Positions 8,921 through 19,500 of a stretch of 64,000 nucleotides of DNA are shown here, one piece after another. Source of the DNA: an uncultured Pseudoxanthomonas sp. (GTDB taxonomy: Bacteria > Pseudomonadota > Gammaproteobacteria > Xanthomonadales > Xanthomonadaceae). The notes under the pieces were generated by a model. That model was not told the origin of the DNA, ran no database searches, and saw only the letters and a program-made list of their open reading frames with translations. The DNA lies in the NCBI GenBank assembly GCA_964562135.1, contig CAZLSG010000006.1, forward strand, positions 1,068 to 65,067. The letters run 5' to 3'. The position numbers were made by a program, and so were the translations under genes. Positions within the stretch are counted from its first letter, which is position 1; each line of letters opens with the position of its first letter.

Positions 8921-9943
8921 TCAGGCTGGCGAGGGAATCGGGATCGCGTCCATCGGCACGGTGGGGTTGGCTTCTTCTTCCAGCAGGTAATCCGGCAGCA
9001 TTTCGTCTTCCGAATGCCGCGGGCGGTTGCTTTCGATCTGGTAGTTGCGCCGCTTCAGCCATGAATCGCGCACCAGCGTGTAGTCGTCCACGGCGCCTTC
9101 GCGCAGGCTGTCCAGCGACAACAGTTGCGCGCGGGTGTCCACCAGGCTCAGGCCCTGCAGCAGGATGCGCGTCTGGTCGTCGTTGATGCGGCGGATGGGG
9201 CTGAGCGGGACGTCGCCGGCCAGCCCGACCGTATCGCGCACGGTGCGTGGGCCGAAGAACGGCAGCACCAGATAGCGCGAGCGGTCCCAGCCCCAGACTC
9301 CGAGGGTTTGCCCGAAATCCTCGCGCCGGCGCGGCAGGCCCGCACTGCTGGCCGGGTCCAGGATGCCGCCCACGCCCAGGGTGGAATTGACCAGGAAGCG
9401 GCCCATCGCCTGCCCGGCCATCTTCGGCTGGCCCTGGATCAGGCTGTTCACCGCCGTGAGCGGCTGGCCCAGGTTGTCCATGAAGTTGCTCACGCCCAGC
9501 CGCAACGGCCGCGGCACCACCTGCACGTAGGCGCGCGCCAGCGGACGCGCAATCGTGCGGTCCACGGCATTGTTGAAGGTGTGGATGCGCCGGTTCATCG
9601 GCTCCCATGGATCGTAGCTGCGGCCGAAGTCCGCGGAGGGCGGCAGGCTGGGATCGGCGACCGGGTTGTAGGGCGCCACGCCGTAGATGGCGGCGAAATC
9701 CGCTTCGGCGTCGGTGATGTCGTGGGTGATGTCGTCGGCGCTGGCGGCATCCGCTGATGCTTCGGCGCTGGCATCCGCCGGGTCCTGCGCATCGGCGTCC
9801 GGGCGAGTCGTTTCCGGCGCAGCGGCAAGCGTCTCTTCCGTCCACGGCTGCGCCGCCAGCGAAGCCGGCGGCGGCGTGGTGGTGGCGCAGGCCGTGCTGA
9901 GGGCGGCGAGCAGCAGGACGCTGGCGATGCGCAAAACGTTCAT
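8921..9943 (-). CDS. mlaA: MlaA/VacJ family lipoprotein
   Basis: Lipobox LLLAALSTAC. Conserved VacJ core DPWEPMNRRIHTFNNAVDRTIARPLARAY. Last gene of the mla operon. Confidence 0.9.
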   Translation of the reverse strand: MNVLRIASVLLLAALSTACATTTPPPASLAAQPWTEETLAAAPETTRPDADAQDPADASAEASADAASADDITHDITDAEADFAAIYGVAPYNPVADPSLPPSADFGRSYDPWEPMNRRIHTFNNAVDRTIARPLARAYVQVVPRPLRLGVSNFMDNLGQPLTAVNSLIQGQPKMAGQAMGRFLVNSTLGVGGILDPASSAGLPRRREDFGQTLGVWGWDRSRYLVLPFFGPRTVRDTVGLAGDVPLSPIRRINDDQTRILLQGLSLVDTRAQLLSLDSLREGAVDDYTLVRDSWLKRRNYQIESNRPRHSEDEMLPDYLLEEEANPTVPMDAIPIPSPA

Positions 9944-10269
9944 CCCGGCTCCGTGGGATCAGGTGGGGTGTTGCGGTAATCCAGCGATTCGGCCAGGCGA
10001 TAGGCGTTGCGCAAGCCGGCCAGCCCGGCGGGCTCGCCGTCGATGCGCGGGTCGGCGCCCGTGGCGGTCCGGATCCGCGCCGCCAGTTCCGCCAGCAACG
10101 CCAGTCCGGCGGTATCCACCGACGCCAGTCCGCGCAGGTCGAAACCCCGCGCGCCCTCCAGTTGGGCGACGGCCGTTGGCCACAGCCCGGCAGCGGCGGC
10201 GCGATCCAGCGTGCCGGTGAACACCAGCGTTTCGCCGTTGCGCGAGAGGCCGGGCTTACAGGCCGGCAT
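9940..10269 (-). CDS. mlaB: STAS-domain protein MlaB
   Basis: 109-aa STAS-like protein (LDLRGLASVDTAGLALLAEL). It overlaps mlaA by 4 nt and mlaC by 14 nt. Confidence 0.7.
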   Translation of the reverse strand: MPACKPGLSRNGETLVFTGTLDRAAAAGLWPTAVAQLEGARGFDLRGLASVDTAGLALLAELAARIRTATGADPRIDGEPAGLAGLRNAYRLAESLDYRNTPPDPTEPG

Positions 10270-10906
10270 CAGCCTGGATCCTGCCGCCGCGCAGGTCGGC
10301 GGCGACTTGCGCGATCGACTTCTGCCGCAGGGGCGCGTCGAACTGGGTGCGGAAGGTCTGCACGAAGGACACGCCTTCCACCATCACGTCGAAGATCTTC
10401 CACTGGCCTCCGACCTGGCGCATCAGGTAATCGACCGGGATCGGATCGCCGTCGGGACGGGTCATTTCGGTGGACACGCGCACGCCGCGGTTGCCGGGCA
10501 GCGCGGTTTCGGACTTCACCCGCACCTTGAGGCGCGAATTGAAGTCCAGAAGCGCGGAACCATAACGCTGCAGCAGGTTCTCGGCCATGGCGTCGGCGAA
10601 CAGCTTGATGTCGGCATCGGCGGCGCCACGCCCATGCACGCCCAGCACCAGGCGGGCGGCGTAGTCGCGGTCGAAGACCTGGTCCAGCTCGCTGGAAACG
10701 AATTGGCGCAGCGCGGACGGGTCGGACCGGAACTCGGCGCGGCGGCTTTCCAGTGTGGACAACAGGCGCGAGCTGGTGTCGAGCACCAGCTTGCCGGCCG
10801 AAGCCTGACTGGCGGCCGTGGCAGGCGCCTGCGCGTGCGCGTCGTGCGCCGGCAGCGAGGCCAGCAGGGCGGAAGCGAGGGCGAGGGTCAGGAGCTTGGT
10901 TTTCAT
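10256..10906 (-). CDS. mlaC: phospholipid-binding periplasmic protein MlaC (Ttg2D)
   Basis: 216 aa with a signal peptide and an MlaC-like pattern (FDRDYAARLVLG.., YLMRQVGGQWKIFDVMVEGVS). Confidence 0.85.
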   Translation of the reverse strand: MKTKLLTLALASALLASLPAHDAHAQAPATAASQASAGKLVLDTSSRLLSTLESRRAEFRSDPSALRQFVSSELDQVFDRDYAARLVLGVHGRGAADADIKLFADAMAENLLQRYGSALLDFNSRLKVRVKSETALPGNRGVRVSTEMTRPDGDPIPVDYLMRQVGGQWKIFDVMVEGVSFVQTFRTQFDAPLRQKSIAQVAADLRGGRIQADAGL

Positions 10907-11412
10907 GGCAGGGGTTCTTCCGTGGGTTGCGGGGGAGTTTCGGAGCCGGCCGTGCCGCCGCCCGAGAACATGTATTTGCCGGCCAGCTGCAGCAGGTCCA
11001 CCGCCGACTGGGTGAAGGCGATTTCCTCGCCGGGCTGCAGCGGCACCGGGTCGCCGCCCGGCGACAGGCCGACGAAGTTTTCGCCCAGCAGGCCGCTGGT
11101 GAAGATGCCCGCCGAGGTGTCGCCGGGCAGTTCGTCGAAGCGCTTGTCGATGGCCAGCGTCACGATGGAATCGAAGCGCACCGGGTCCAGCTGGATGTCG
11201 GCCACTTGCCCGATGGTCACCCCGCCGATCTTCACCGGCGCCTGCTTGCGCAACTGGCCCACGCTGGAGAAGCGCGCGGTCAGTTCATAGGTGTCGCCGC
11301 CGAAGCCGAAACGCTGGTTGGTGGAAGTGAAGGCCAGCACCAGCAGCGAGGCCAGGCCCAGCAGCAGAAAGGCGCCGACGGCGAATTCGAGTCTTGGTCC
11401 GCGGATGGCCAT
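10903..11412 (-). CDS. mlaD: outer membrane lipid asymmetry protein MlaD (MCE domain)
   Basis: N-terminal TM segment plus an MCE domain (PVKIGGVTIGQV..). Overlaps mlaC by 4 nt. Confidence 0.9.
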   Translation of the reverse strand: MAIRGPRLEFAVGAFLLLGLASLLVLAFTSTNQRFGFGGDTYELTARFSSVGQLRKQAPVKIGGVTIGQVADIQLDPVRFDSIVTLAIDKRFDELPGDTSAGIFTSGLLGENFVGLSPGGDPVPLQPGEEIAFTQSAVDLLQLAGKYMFSGGGTAGSETPPQPTEEPLP

Positions 11413-11423
11413 GGTCGTCTACC

Positions 11424-12173
11424 TCACTGGAACAACAGGGCGGAAAGGATGAAGTTGAACATCAGCACCAGCAACGACGCGTTGACGACGGCGCGGGTGG
11501 TGGCCACCGAGGTGCCCTCGATGGTCGGTTCGGCGTGGAAACCCACGTAGGCCGCGACCAGCGCGGCGGTCGCGCCGAACACGGCGGCCTTGAGCATGGC
11601 CACCATGAAGTCGTCGACGAAATCCACGCTGTTGCGCAGCGCCGACCAGAACGTGCCGCTGTCCATGCCCAGCCCATGCACGGCCAGCAGGTAGCTGGCG
11701 CTGATGGCCAGGCTGCAGAAGAATGCTGTGAGCAACGGCACGGTCAGCACCGCGGCCCAGAAACGCGGGGCCACGGCCTTGGCCACCGGGTCGATGGCCA
11801 TCATCTCCAGCGCGCGGATCTGGTCGGTGGCGCGCATCAGGCCCAGTTCCGCGGCGATGGAGCTGCCGGCGCGGCCGATGAACAGCAGCGCGGTCAGCAC
11901 CGGACCCAGTTCGCGGTACAGCGACAGGCCCAGCAGGGTGGACAGGGCATCCGAAGCGCCGAACGTGGTCAGCGTCCGGTAGCCTTGCAGGGTAAGCACA
12001 AGTCCCACGAACGCGCCGCCAACGGTAATGATCGGGAGCGAACGTGCGCCTATCTTGTAGATTTCCCGTATCAGTTCGGCAAACAGGTCGCGGCTGGGTC
12101 GGGAGCCGCGCAGGACCGACAGCGAAAACAGCCCGGCCCGGCCCAGCGAACGGATGGAAGCGGTCAGGGCCAT
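11424..12173 (-). CDS. mlaE: ABC transporter permease MlaE
   Basis: 249-aa multi-TM permease with the MlaE pattern (LYRELGPVLTALLFIGRAGSSIAAELGLM). Confidence 0.9.
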   Translation of the reverse strand: MALTASIRSLGRAGLFSLSVLRGSRPSRDLFAELIREIYKIGARSLPIITVGGAFVGLVLTLQGYRTLTTFGASDALSTLLGLSLYRELGPVLTALLFIGRAGSSIAAELGLMRATDQIRALEMMAIDPVAKAVAPRFWAAVLTVPLLTAFFCSLAISASYLLAVHGLGMDSGTFWSALRNSVDFVDDFMVAMLKAAVFGATAALVAAYVGFHAEPTIEGTSVATTRAVVNASLLVLMFNFILSALLFQ

Positions 12174-12970
12174 CAGGCCGCCCTCCCCTTGCGCTCGGGC
12201 GCGTCGAAGGCGATGGGCCCATCCGGTTCACCGAGCAGGAACTGGCGCAGCAGTGGGTCTTCGCTGGCATCCAGCTCGGCCGGCGTGCCGGAGAACACCA
12301 GCCCGCCATTGGCCATCACCACCACCTGGTCGGCGATGGGCAGGGTTTCGTGCACGTGGTGGCTGACGATGATGCTGGTCAGCCCCAGGGTGGCGTTGAG
12401 CCGCCGGATCAGGCTGATGATCACGCCGTTGGCGATCGGGTCCAAGCCGGACAGCGGCTCGTCGTACAGCATCAGCGGAGGGTCCAGCGCCAGCGCGCGG
12501 GCCACCGCCACCCGCCGGGCCATGCCGCCGGAAAGCTCGCGCGGATACAGGCCGGCGGCGTGGCGCAGGCCCACCGCATTGAGTTTCAGCGCCACCACGC
12601 GGTCGATCAGCGCCTTGGGCAGTTGCGTATGCGTGCGCAGCGGCAGGGCCACGTTCTCCGCCACGCTCAGGTCGGTGAGCAGGCCATTGCCCTGCAGCAG
12701 CACGCCCAGCCCCTTGCGCATCTCCAGCAGGTCGCGGCTGCGGCGCGGCACCGGCTGGCCGAACACCTCCACGCTGCCGGCGGCGGGCGGCAGTTCGCCG
12801 GTCAGCGCCGAGAGCAGGGTGGACTTGCCGCAGCCACTGGGGCCCAGCACCGCCACGATGCTGCCGCGCGCCACCGCCAGGTCGATCCCGCGCAGGATCG
12901 TCCGTTCGCCGCGGTCCAGGCGGACGCCGGCAAGTCGGACAGCGGGGGCATTGAGGGTCGGATCGTTCAT
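12173..12970 (-). CDS. mlaF: ABC transporter ATP-binding protein MlaF
   Basis: Walker A GPSGCGKST, signature LSGGMARRVAVARAL, Walker B LMLYDEP. ATG at 12968-12970. The rest of the 1214-aa track ORF is an antisense artefact over recC. Confidence 0.9.
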   Translation of the reverse strand: MNDPTLNAPAVRLAGVRLDRGERTILRGIDLAVARGSIVAVLGPSGCGKSTLLSALTGELPPAAGSVEVFGQPVPRRSRDLLEMRKGLGVLLQGNGLLTDLSVAENVALPLRTHTQLPKALIDRVVALKLNAVGLRHAAGLYPRELSGGMARRVAVARALALDPPLMLYDEPLSGLDPIANGVIISLIRRLNATLGLTSIIVSHHVHETLPIADQVVVMANGGLVFSGTPAELDASEDPLLRQFLLGEPDGPIAFDAPERKGRAA

Positions 12971-13159
12971 GGGGGTGGTGGAAGGCACATCCTGCGCACG
13001 CGTGGACCGCGCAGGATCGCCAATGACGGCTGAACCCTTGCCAAGTGAGTGAACCGAAGAGTACAGGAATTCGGCGTGACGGTGTCGGGATGTTTCGAAG
13101 CTTTCCATGGCGCAGTCCACGCACCGGCGTCTCGGCGCCTGCGATCTGCCTCCGGCACA

Positions 13160-16100
13160 ATGCCCGTGACCATGACCAACCCCGCCGTGCCCGACTTCCG
13201 CCTCTACCACTCCAACGCGCTGGAGGTGCTGGCGGGCATGCTGGCCGCGCGGCTGCAGTCGCCACCGGCGGACGGCGACTGGATGCGCTCGGACCTGGTG
13301 CTGGTGCCGCAGTTCGCCATGCGGCGCTGGCTGCAGCAATTCCTGGCCGAACGTGCCGGCATCTGCGCCAACCTGCGCTTCCTGACCCCGGGCGAGTTCG
13401 TCGATCACGCACTGGATGCGAACCTCGGGGCCGCGCCGGCGGACGGCCGGCTGCCGCCGGAACAGTCGCGCTGGCGGGTGTTGCAGGCGCTGCAATCGGC
13501 ACCGCCACCGGAATACGTGCGCGTGCTCGACGCGCGCGACCCACTGCGGGCGTGGCAGCTCGCCAACGCGCTGGCCGACAGCTTCGAGAAGTACCAGGCC
13601 TGGCGCCGCGACCTGCTGTTGCGATGGGAGGCCGGCGCCGAACCCGGCGACCCGCAGGCGCAGCTGTGGCGTGCCATCGCGGCCGGGCGGGCACACCGTG
13701 CGCGCCGCATCGGCGACTACCTGCTGCGCTTCGGCGCCGATGCCGCGCAGGTTCCGTGCGGCCTGCCGCCGCGGCTGTTCGTGTTCGCTTGCCAGAACGT
13801 TTCGCCGGACGTGCTGCAGGTCATCGCCAGCCAGTCGCGTGCGGGCGAGCAGGAGTTCTTCCTGCATACGCCCAGCGGCGAGTTCTGGAAGGACGTGTTC
13901 GGCGCCGGCATCGGCCGTTGGGGAGCAGGCTACGTGCCCGGAGAGGACGACGCGATGTTCGCCGCCGCCGGCAATCCGTTGCTGGCGGCGTGGGGCCGTG
14001 CCGAACGCGACTTCGTTGCCGCGCTGGCCAATGGCGAGGCCGTGCATGCGCGCCACGAGGTGCTTGCGTTCGCGACACCATCCCCCGCGCACCTGCTCGG
14101 GCGTATCCAGGCCGACGTGCTGGCCAACCTCGATCCCGCGCAGTCGCTGGCCGGAGACCTGCAATGGCCGCGCGCCGGGGTCGAGCGTGGCGATGCCAGC
14201 CTGCGCCTGCATGCCTGCCACACGCGGCTGCGCGAAGTGCAGGTGCTGCACGACCAGTTGCGCGCGCTGTTCGACGCCGATCCGGCGTTGCAGGCGCGCG
14301 ACATCGCGGTGCTGGCGCCCGACATCGACCTCTATGCGCCGCATGTCGAAGCGGTGTTCGGTGGCGCGCTGGGCAGCGAGCGCGAGTTGCCCTACACCAT
14401 TGCCGACACCACGCCGCTGGCCAGTGCATCGCTGGCGGTGGCCTTCACCCGCCTGCTCGACCTGCCGCTGCGGCCGCTGGCGGTGGCCGAGGCGCTGGAC
14501 CTGCTGGCGGTGCCGGCGCTGGCCGAACGCTTCGACATCGACGCCGCCGCGCGCGACAGCCTGCGCGGTTGGCTCGACGAAGCCGGCGCGCGCTGGGCGC
14601 TGGATGGCGACGAGCGCGCACGGCACGGCGCGGGTGGCGCGGCCTATACCTTCGACTTCGCGCTGGAACGGCTGCTGCTCGGGTATGCCAGCGGCGCCGA
14701 CGACGACATCGGCGGCGTGGCCGCCCTGCCCTTGCTCGAAGGCCGCGCCAGCGACGTGCTCGACGCGCTGCTGCGCCTGCTGGCGGTGTTGCGTGGCGCC
14801 ACGCACGACCTGCGCGACGACAAGCCGCCGCAGGAGTGGGCGCGCGTGCTCGACGCGCTGCTGCTGGCGTTGTGCGGCGAACAGCCGCGCGATGCCGGTG
14901 ACCGCAGCGTGGTGCAACGTCTGCGCGAGGCCATTGCCGGGTTCGGTGACGGTGCGTCGAAAGCCGGGTTCGGGATGCCGGTCGCGCATGCCGTGGTCCG
15001 CGCCGAACTGCTGTCGGTGCTGGGCCAGGCGGATGCGCGTGCGCCGTTCCTGTCCGGCGGCATCTGCTTCGGGCGCATGGTGCCGATGCGGCTGATCCCG
15101 TTCCGGGTGATCTGCCTGCTGGGCATGGACGATGGTGCGTTCCCGGCGCGTGATGCGCGCGATCCGCTCAACCGCATCGTCCAGGCGCTGGAGACGGATG
15201 AGCGAAAGGTCGGCGATCCGTCGCGGCGCGATGCCGACCGCTACCTGTTCCTGCAGTTGCTGTCGTCGGCGTCCGATGCGTTCCATGTCAGTTGGCAGGG
15301 CTTCGATCCGCGCGACGGCAGCGCGCGCGAACCGTCGTCGGTGGTCGCCGAGCTGCTGGACGTCGCCGCGCGCTACCACGCCGATCCGGCGGAGGCGCGC
15401 AAGCAGCTCGTGGTCCACCATGCACTGCAACCGTTCTCGCCGGCGGCGTTCGGCGCTGCGCACGTGGACGAGGCCGAAGCCGACCCGCGCCGCTTCAGTT
15501 ACGACACGCGCTGGCAGGCGGCCGCCGGCACCGTGCCCGAAGCGCAGCCATTGCTGCCGTTCGCGCCCCGCCCGCTCGTGGGCGCTGGCGGCGTTGCCGA
15601 ACCGCGCTCGCTCGAGGGCCTGCGCGGCGCATTGAACAAGCCGCAGGCGTACTGGCTGCGCCATGGCCTGCGCGTGCGCCTGCCCGGGGACGACCCGGTC
15701 GCGGACGACCACGAACCGCTCGGCCCGCCCGATGCCTTGCGGAACCACCAGTTGCGTGAACAGGTGTTTGCCGCTTGGTTGCAGGCAGGCGGGCGGCCAT
15801 CGCTCGATGCCTTGCATGCGCGCCTGCTTGCGCGCGCGCAGGTGCCGTTCGGCGCGGACGGACGCAGCGTGCTGGCTGGCGTGCTGGACGAGATCGCGCC
15901 ATTCGCCGGCACCGCGTTGCGCGAAGGCATGCAGGAAGCGACCGGCTCACGCGCATATGCGCTGGACATCGACGGCGTGGCGCTGTCCGGCATGCTCGAA
16001 GGCGTGCATCCGCGTGGCCTGTTCCGCGCCGCGCTGCGGTCCGGGGGCCTGCATGGCGGCCACGTGCTGCGCCATCGGCTGGATGCGCTGGTCGCGGCGA

Positions 16101-16501
16101 TGCAGGGCGTGCCCTTGTTGCAGCTGTATGCCGATGGCGGCGAAGTGAAGCTGGTGGAACACGCACCCGTACAGCCCGATGTTGCGCGGGCCTCATTGCG
16201 TGCGCTGCTCGCATTGCAGCGGCGCATGGTGATTGAACCGTTGCCGTTCCTGCCCAAGAGCGGCTATGCCTTCGTGAGCGCAAAGAGCGACGAGGCGGGG
16301 CTGAAGGCGGCTGCCGGAGAATGGCGGGGCGGCTGGAACGGTTCCGGCGAGCGCAGCCCCGCCACCGCGCTGGCGTTGCGTGGCCGCGAACCCTTCGTCG
16401 ATGGCGGCAATGCCGCCGAAACGCGGTTCGCCAGCCTGTCGCGCGCCGTCTTCGCCGCATTGGTCGATGGCGATGCCGCGTTGCTGGAGGCGCTGGAATG
16501 A
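13160..16501 (+). CDS. recC: exodeoxyribonuclease V gamma subunit RecC
   Basis: The N-terminus ..FRLYHSNALEVL parallels E. coli MLRVYHSNRLDVL. About 1110 aa. The stop overlaps the recB start (ATGA). The ATG at 13172 is an alternative start. Confidence 0.9.
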   Translation: MPVTMTNPAVPDFRLYHSNALEVLAGMLAARLQSPPADGDWMRSDLVLVPQFAMRRWLQQFLAERAGICANLRFLTPGEFVDHALDANLGAAPADGRLPPEQSRWRVLQALQSAPPPEYVRVLDARDPLRAWQLANALADSFEKYQAWRRDLLLRWEAGAEPGDPQAQLWRAIAAGRAHRARRIGDYLLRFGADAAQVPCGLPPRLFVFACQNVSPDVLQVIASQSRAGEQEFFLHTPSGEFWKDVFGAGIGRWGAGYVPGEDDAMFAAAGNPLLAAWGRAERDFVAALANGEAVHARHEVLAFATPSPAHLLGRIQADVLANLDPAQSLAGDLQWPRAGVERGDASLRLHACHTRLREVQVLHDQLRALFDADPALQARDIAVLAPDIDLYAPHVEAVFGGALGSERELPYTIADTTPLASASLAVAFTRLLDLPLRPLAVAEALDLLAVPALAERFDIDAAARDSLRGWLDEAGARWALDGDERARHGAGGAAYTFDFALERLLLGYASGADDDIGGVAALPLLEGRASDVLDALLRLLAVLRGATHDLRDDKPPQEWARVLDALLLALCGEQPRDAGDRSVVQRLREAIAGFGDGASKAGFGMPVAHAVVRAELLSVLGQADARAPFLSGGICFGRMVPMRLIPFRVICLLGMDDGAFPARDARDPLNRIVQALETDERKVGDPSRRDADRYLFLQLLSSASDAFHVSWQGFDPRDGSAREPSSVVAELLDVAARYHADPAEARKQLVVHHALQPFSPAAFGAAHVDEAEADPRRFSYDTRWQAAAGTVPEAQPLLPFAPRPLVGAGGVAEPRSLEGLRGALNKPQAYWLRHGLRVRLPGDDPVADDHEPLGPPDALRNHQLREQVFAAWLQAGGRPSLDALHARLLARAQVPFGADGRSVLAGVLDEIAPFAGTALREGMQEATGSRAYALDIDGVALSGMLEGVHPRGLFRAALRSGGLHGGHVLRHRLDALVAAMQGVPLLQLYADGGEVKLVEHAPVQPDVARASLRALLALQRRMVIEPLPFLPKSGYAFVSAKSDEAGLKAAAGEWRGGWNGSGERSPATALALRGREPFVDGGNAAETRFASLSRAVFAALVDGDAALLEALE

Positions 16502-19500
16502 GCGACGTCGTCTTCGACACGCCACTGGACGACACCAGCCTGGTCGAGGCCAGCGCCGGCACCGGCAAGACCTTTGCGCTGGCCGGTCTGTTCGTGCGCG
16601 CGGTGATTGAGCGCAAGCTGGCGTCGCCGCAAATCCTCGCGGTGACCTTCACCGTGGCCGCGACCCAGGAACTGCGCGCCCGCGTGCGCCTGCGCCTGCA
16701 GCAGGCGGCCGTCCTTGCGGCGCGCTGGCAACACGGCGATCCGCCCGAACGCGATGGCGACGACGGTGAAACCGCCATGCTGCGCAGGATGCTGCATGCG
16801 GCGCTGGCTGCGGGTGAATCGACCACCGCGCTGCGTCTGCGCCTCGCGCGCGCGGCACGCGACCTCGATCTCGCGCAGATCACGACCATACACGGCTTCT
16901 GCCAGCGGGCGTTGGCCGAACATGCGCTTGATGCCGGGCAGGCGCTGGGCGAGGTCGACATCGAAACCGCCCTCGCGCAGGCGCGGCGGCAACTGGCGAT
17001 CGCGCTGTGGCGCGAACACGCAGGCGTTGCCGACGGCGCCGCTTTCCTGCGCCGCCGCTTCGGTGGCGTCGACGGCCTGCGCAAGGCCCTGGGCGACCTG
17101 CTGTCGCACGAACCGGTCTTGCCGGACATGGCGGGAATCGATGCGCGCGCCATGTTGCAGACGGCATGGAACACGCTTCGCGATGCCTTCACGGCACACG
17201 GCGACCAGGCGCGCGTCGCGCTGGAAGAGGCCATGGCCGCGAAGGTGCTCAGTCGCGCCAGGGACAAGGCGCCGGACCCTGGCGCCCTGTGGGCGTGGCT
17301 TTCGGCCCAGGATGAATGCATTCCACCGTCCCTGCCGAAAGCACTGGAGCGCATCGGTACGGCATGGCTGGCCGGCATCTGCCTCAAGGGCAAGGACGCG
17401 CAATGCCCGCGTTCGCGGCTGTTCGATGCCGTCGATGCATTGTTGCCGGCGTTCGAGGCGCGCGACATGAAGCGGCTGCATGATCTCCGCGCAGCCGCGC
17501 GGCTGCGCGATGCCGAACGCAAGGGCGCATTGCAGTTGCGCGACTACGATGACCTGATCGGCGCACTGCACGACGCCGTGCAGGACGAAGCCCGCCGCGC
17601 ATCGCTGGCGCGGGCCGTGCGCGGGCAGTACCGGCTGGCACTGATCGACGAGTTCCAGGACACCGATGCACGGCAGTGGGACATTTTCCGCGCACTTTTC
17701 GTCGATGGGCAGGACGAGGGCGGCCTGGTCCTGGTCGGCGATCCCAAGCAGGCGATCTACCGCTTCCGCGGCGGCGACGTGCGCACCTATGTGGATGCAC
17801 GCAACGACGTGCAGCGCGACGACATCCGCCTGGAGCACAACTTCCGTTCGCGGCCTCGGCTGCTCGCCGCGACCAACACGCTGTTCGATGGCCTGCCCGC
17901 CGATGCGCTGGGCCAGGGCATAGCGTTCACGCCGGTCGAACCCGGTGGCAAGGCGTGCGACGACGACCTGCAATTCGACGGCCGGCCGGCGCCGCCACTG
18001 TCCTTCCATGTCGTGCCGCTGCGTGGCGACGGCAAGAACTGGACCAAGGACGAATCCATCGAGCGGGCCGCGGCCTTGTGCGCCGAAGCGATCCGCGAGC
18101 GGCTGCAGCAGGCGCGCGATGGCCGCCTGTTGCGCAAGGACAATGCGGGCAAGCGGATGCGTGTGGTCGAACCACGCGATTGCGCGGTGCTGGTGCGCAC
18201 CCACGTGGAGGCCGCCGCCGTGCGCCATGCGTTGGCGCGGCGCAACGTGCCGGCGGCAACGGTGGAACGGACCAGCCTGTTCGAAAGCGAAGAAGCCCGC
18301 GACCTGCTTGCCGTGTTGCTGGCGCTGTTGCACGGTGGCGACGACGATCGCCTGCGCGCCGCGTTGGCGATGCCGCTGTTCGGGCTCGATGCCGGTGGCA
18401 TCGATGCGCTTGCCGATGACGGCGATGCGTTGCGTGCCCGCCATCGCGAATTCGACGGCTGGCGCGCGCGCTGGCAGCGCCATGGCCCGCTGGCGATGAT
18501 GACCCAGGTGGTCGCGGCCGAGTCGCCGCGCCTGCTTGGCATCGAAGGGGGCGAGCGCCGCATCGCCAACTGGCTGCAGCTGGGCGAACTGCTGCAGGAA
18601 GCCGCCATGCGCAGCCTGGGGATGCAGGGCCAGGTCGACTGGCTGCAGGCCGCCATCGCCAGCCCCGACGGCGAGGACGAGGCGCAGCTGCCGCGGCTGG
18701 AATCCGATGCCGACCGCGTGCAGATCATGACCCTGCACAAGAGCAAGGGCCTGGAGTTCCCGCTGGTATTCCTGCCGTTCGTGTCGATCGGCCGCGATCC
18801 GGCGCGCAACCTCGAGGTGGCCGTGCACCACCACCGTGGCCGGCGCGTGCGGCAATGGAAGACCGCGCAGGTGTTCGGCGATACGCCGCCATGGGATGCC
18901 GCGGTCGCCGCGCACGTTGCCGAGGATCGCGCCGAGGACATGCGCCTGCTGTACGTCGGCATCACCCGTGCCCGCGAAGCGCTGTGGTTGTGCGGCGGGG
19001 CGCTGGCATCGAACCAGGACACGGCATTGCATCGCCTGCTCGGAGGCAACGCGCCATCGGAGATCTTGCGCAGGTCGCTTGGCGATGCGCTTGTCGAGAG
19101 CGAAGGCCTGCCTTCCGACATCCCCGTGCGCCTCGCGCCACAATCCTCCGCGGCATTGCCGTCTGTGCGCACGCCCGGGCCGCCGCTGCGCCGCGACTGG
19201 TGGATGCACAGCTTCAGCCAGTTGCACAGGCAGGCGCCGCAGGGCCTGCATGCACAGGAAGAGGAAGCCCCGGCCGACGATGAACGCAGCGACGTGCCGG
19301 CGGCGGCCACCAGTGATCCGCGCTTCGCCGGGCCGCGCTTCGGCAACGTGCTGCACCATGCGCTGGAGCACGCCGACTTCACCGCATGGCGCGACCATGA
19401 CGGCTTGCCGGACAGCCAGCGCGGCGTGCTGTTGCAGGCCTTCGCCGCCTTCGGTTATCGCGAGGACGAGGCGCTCGAAGGACTGCCGGTGCTGGTGCCG

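Noticed and set aside
12971-15817. Upstream 950 aa of the 1214-aa minus-strand ORF 12173..15817
   Set aside because: Only the last 265 aa (12173-12970) is MlaF. The rest is antisense to recC, Arg/Ala/Gly/Pro-rich and low-complexity. It is the usual stop-free shadow frame of high-GC DNA.
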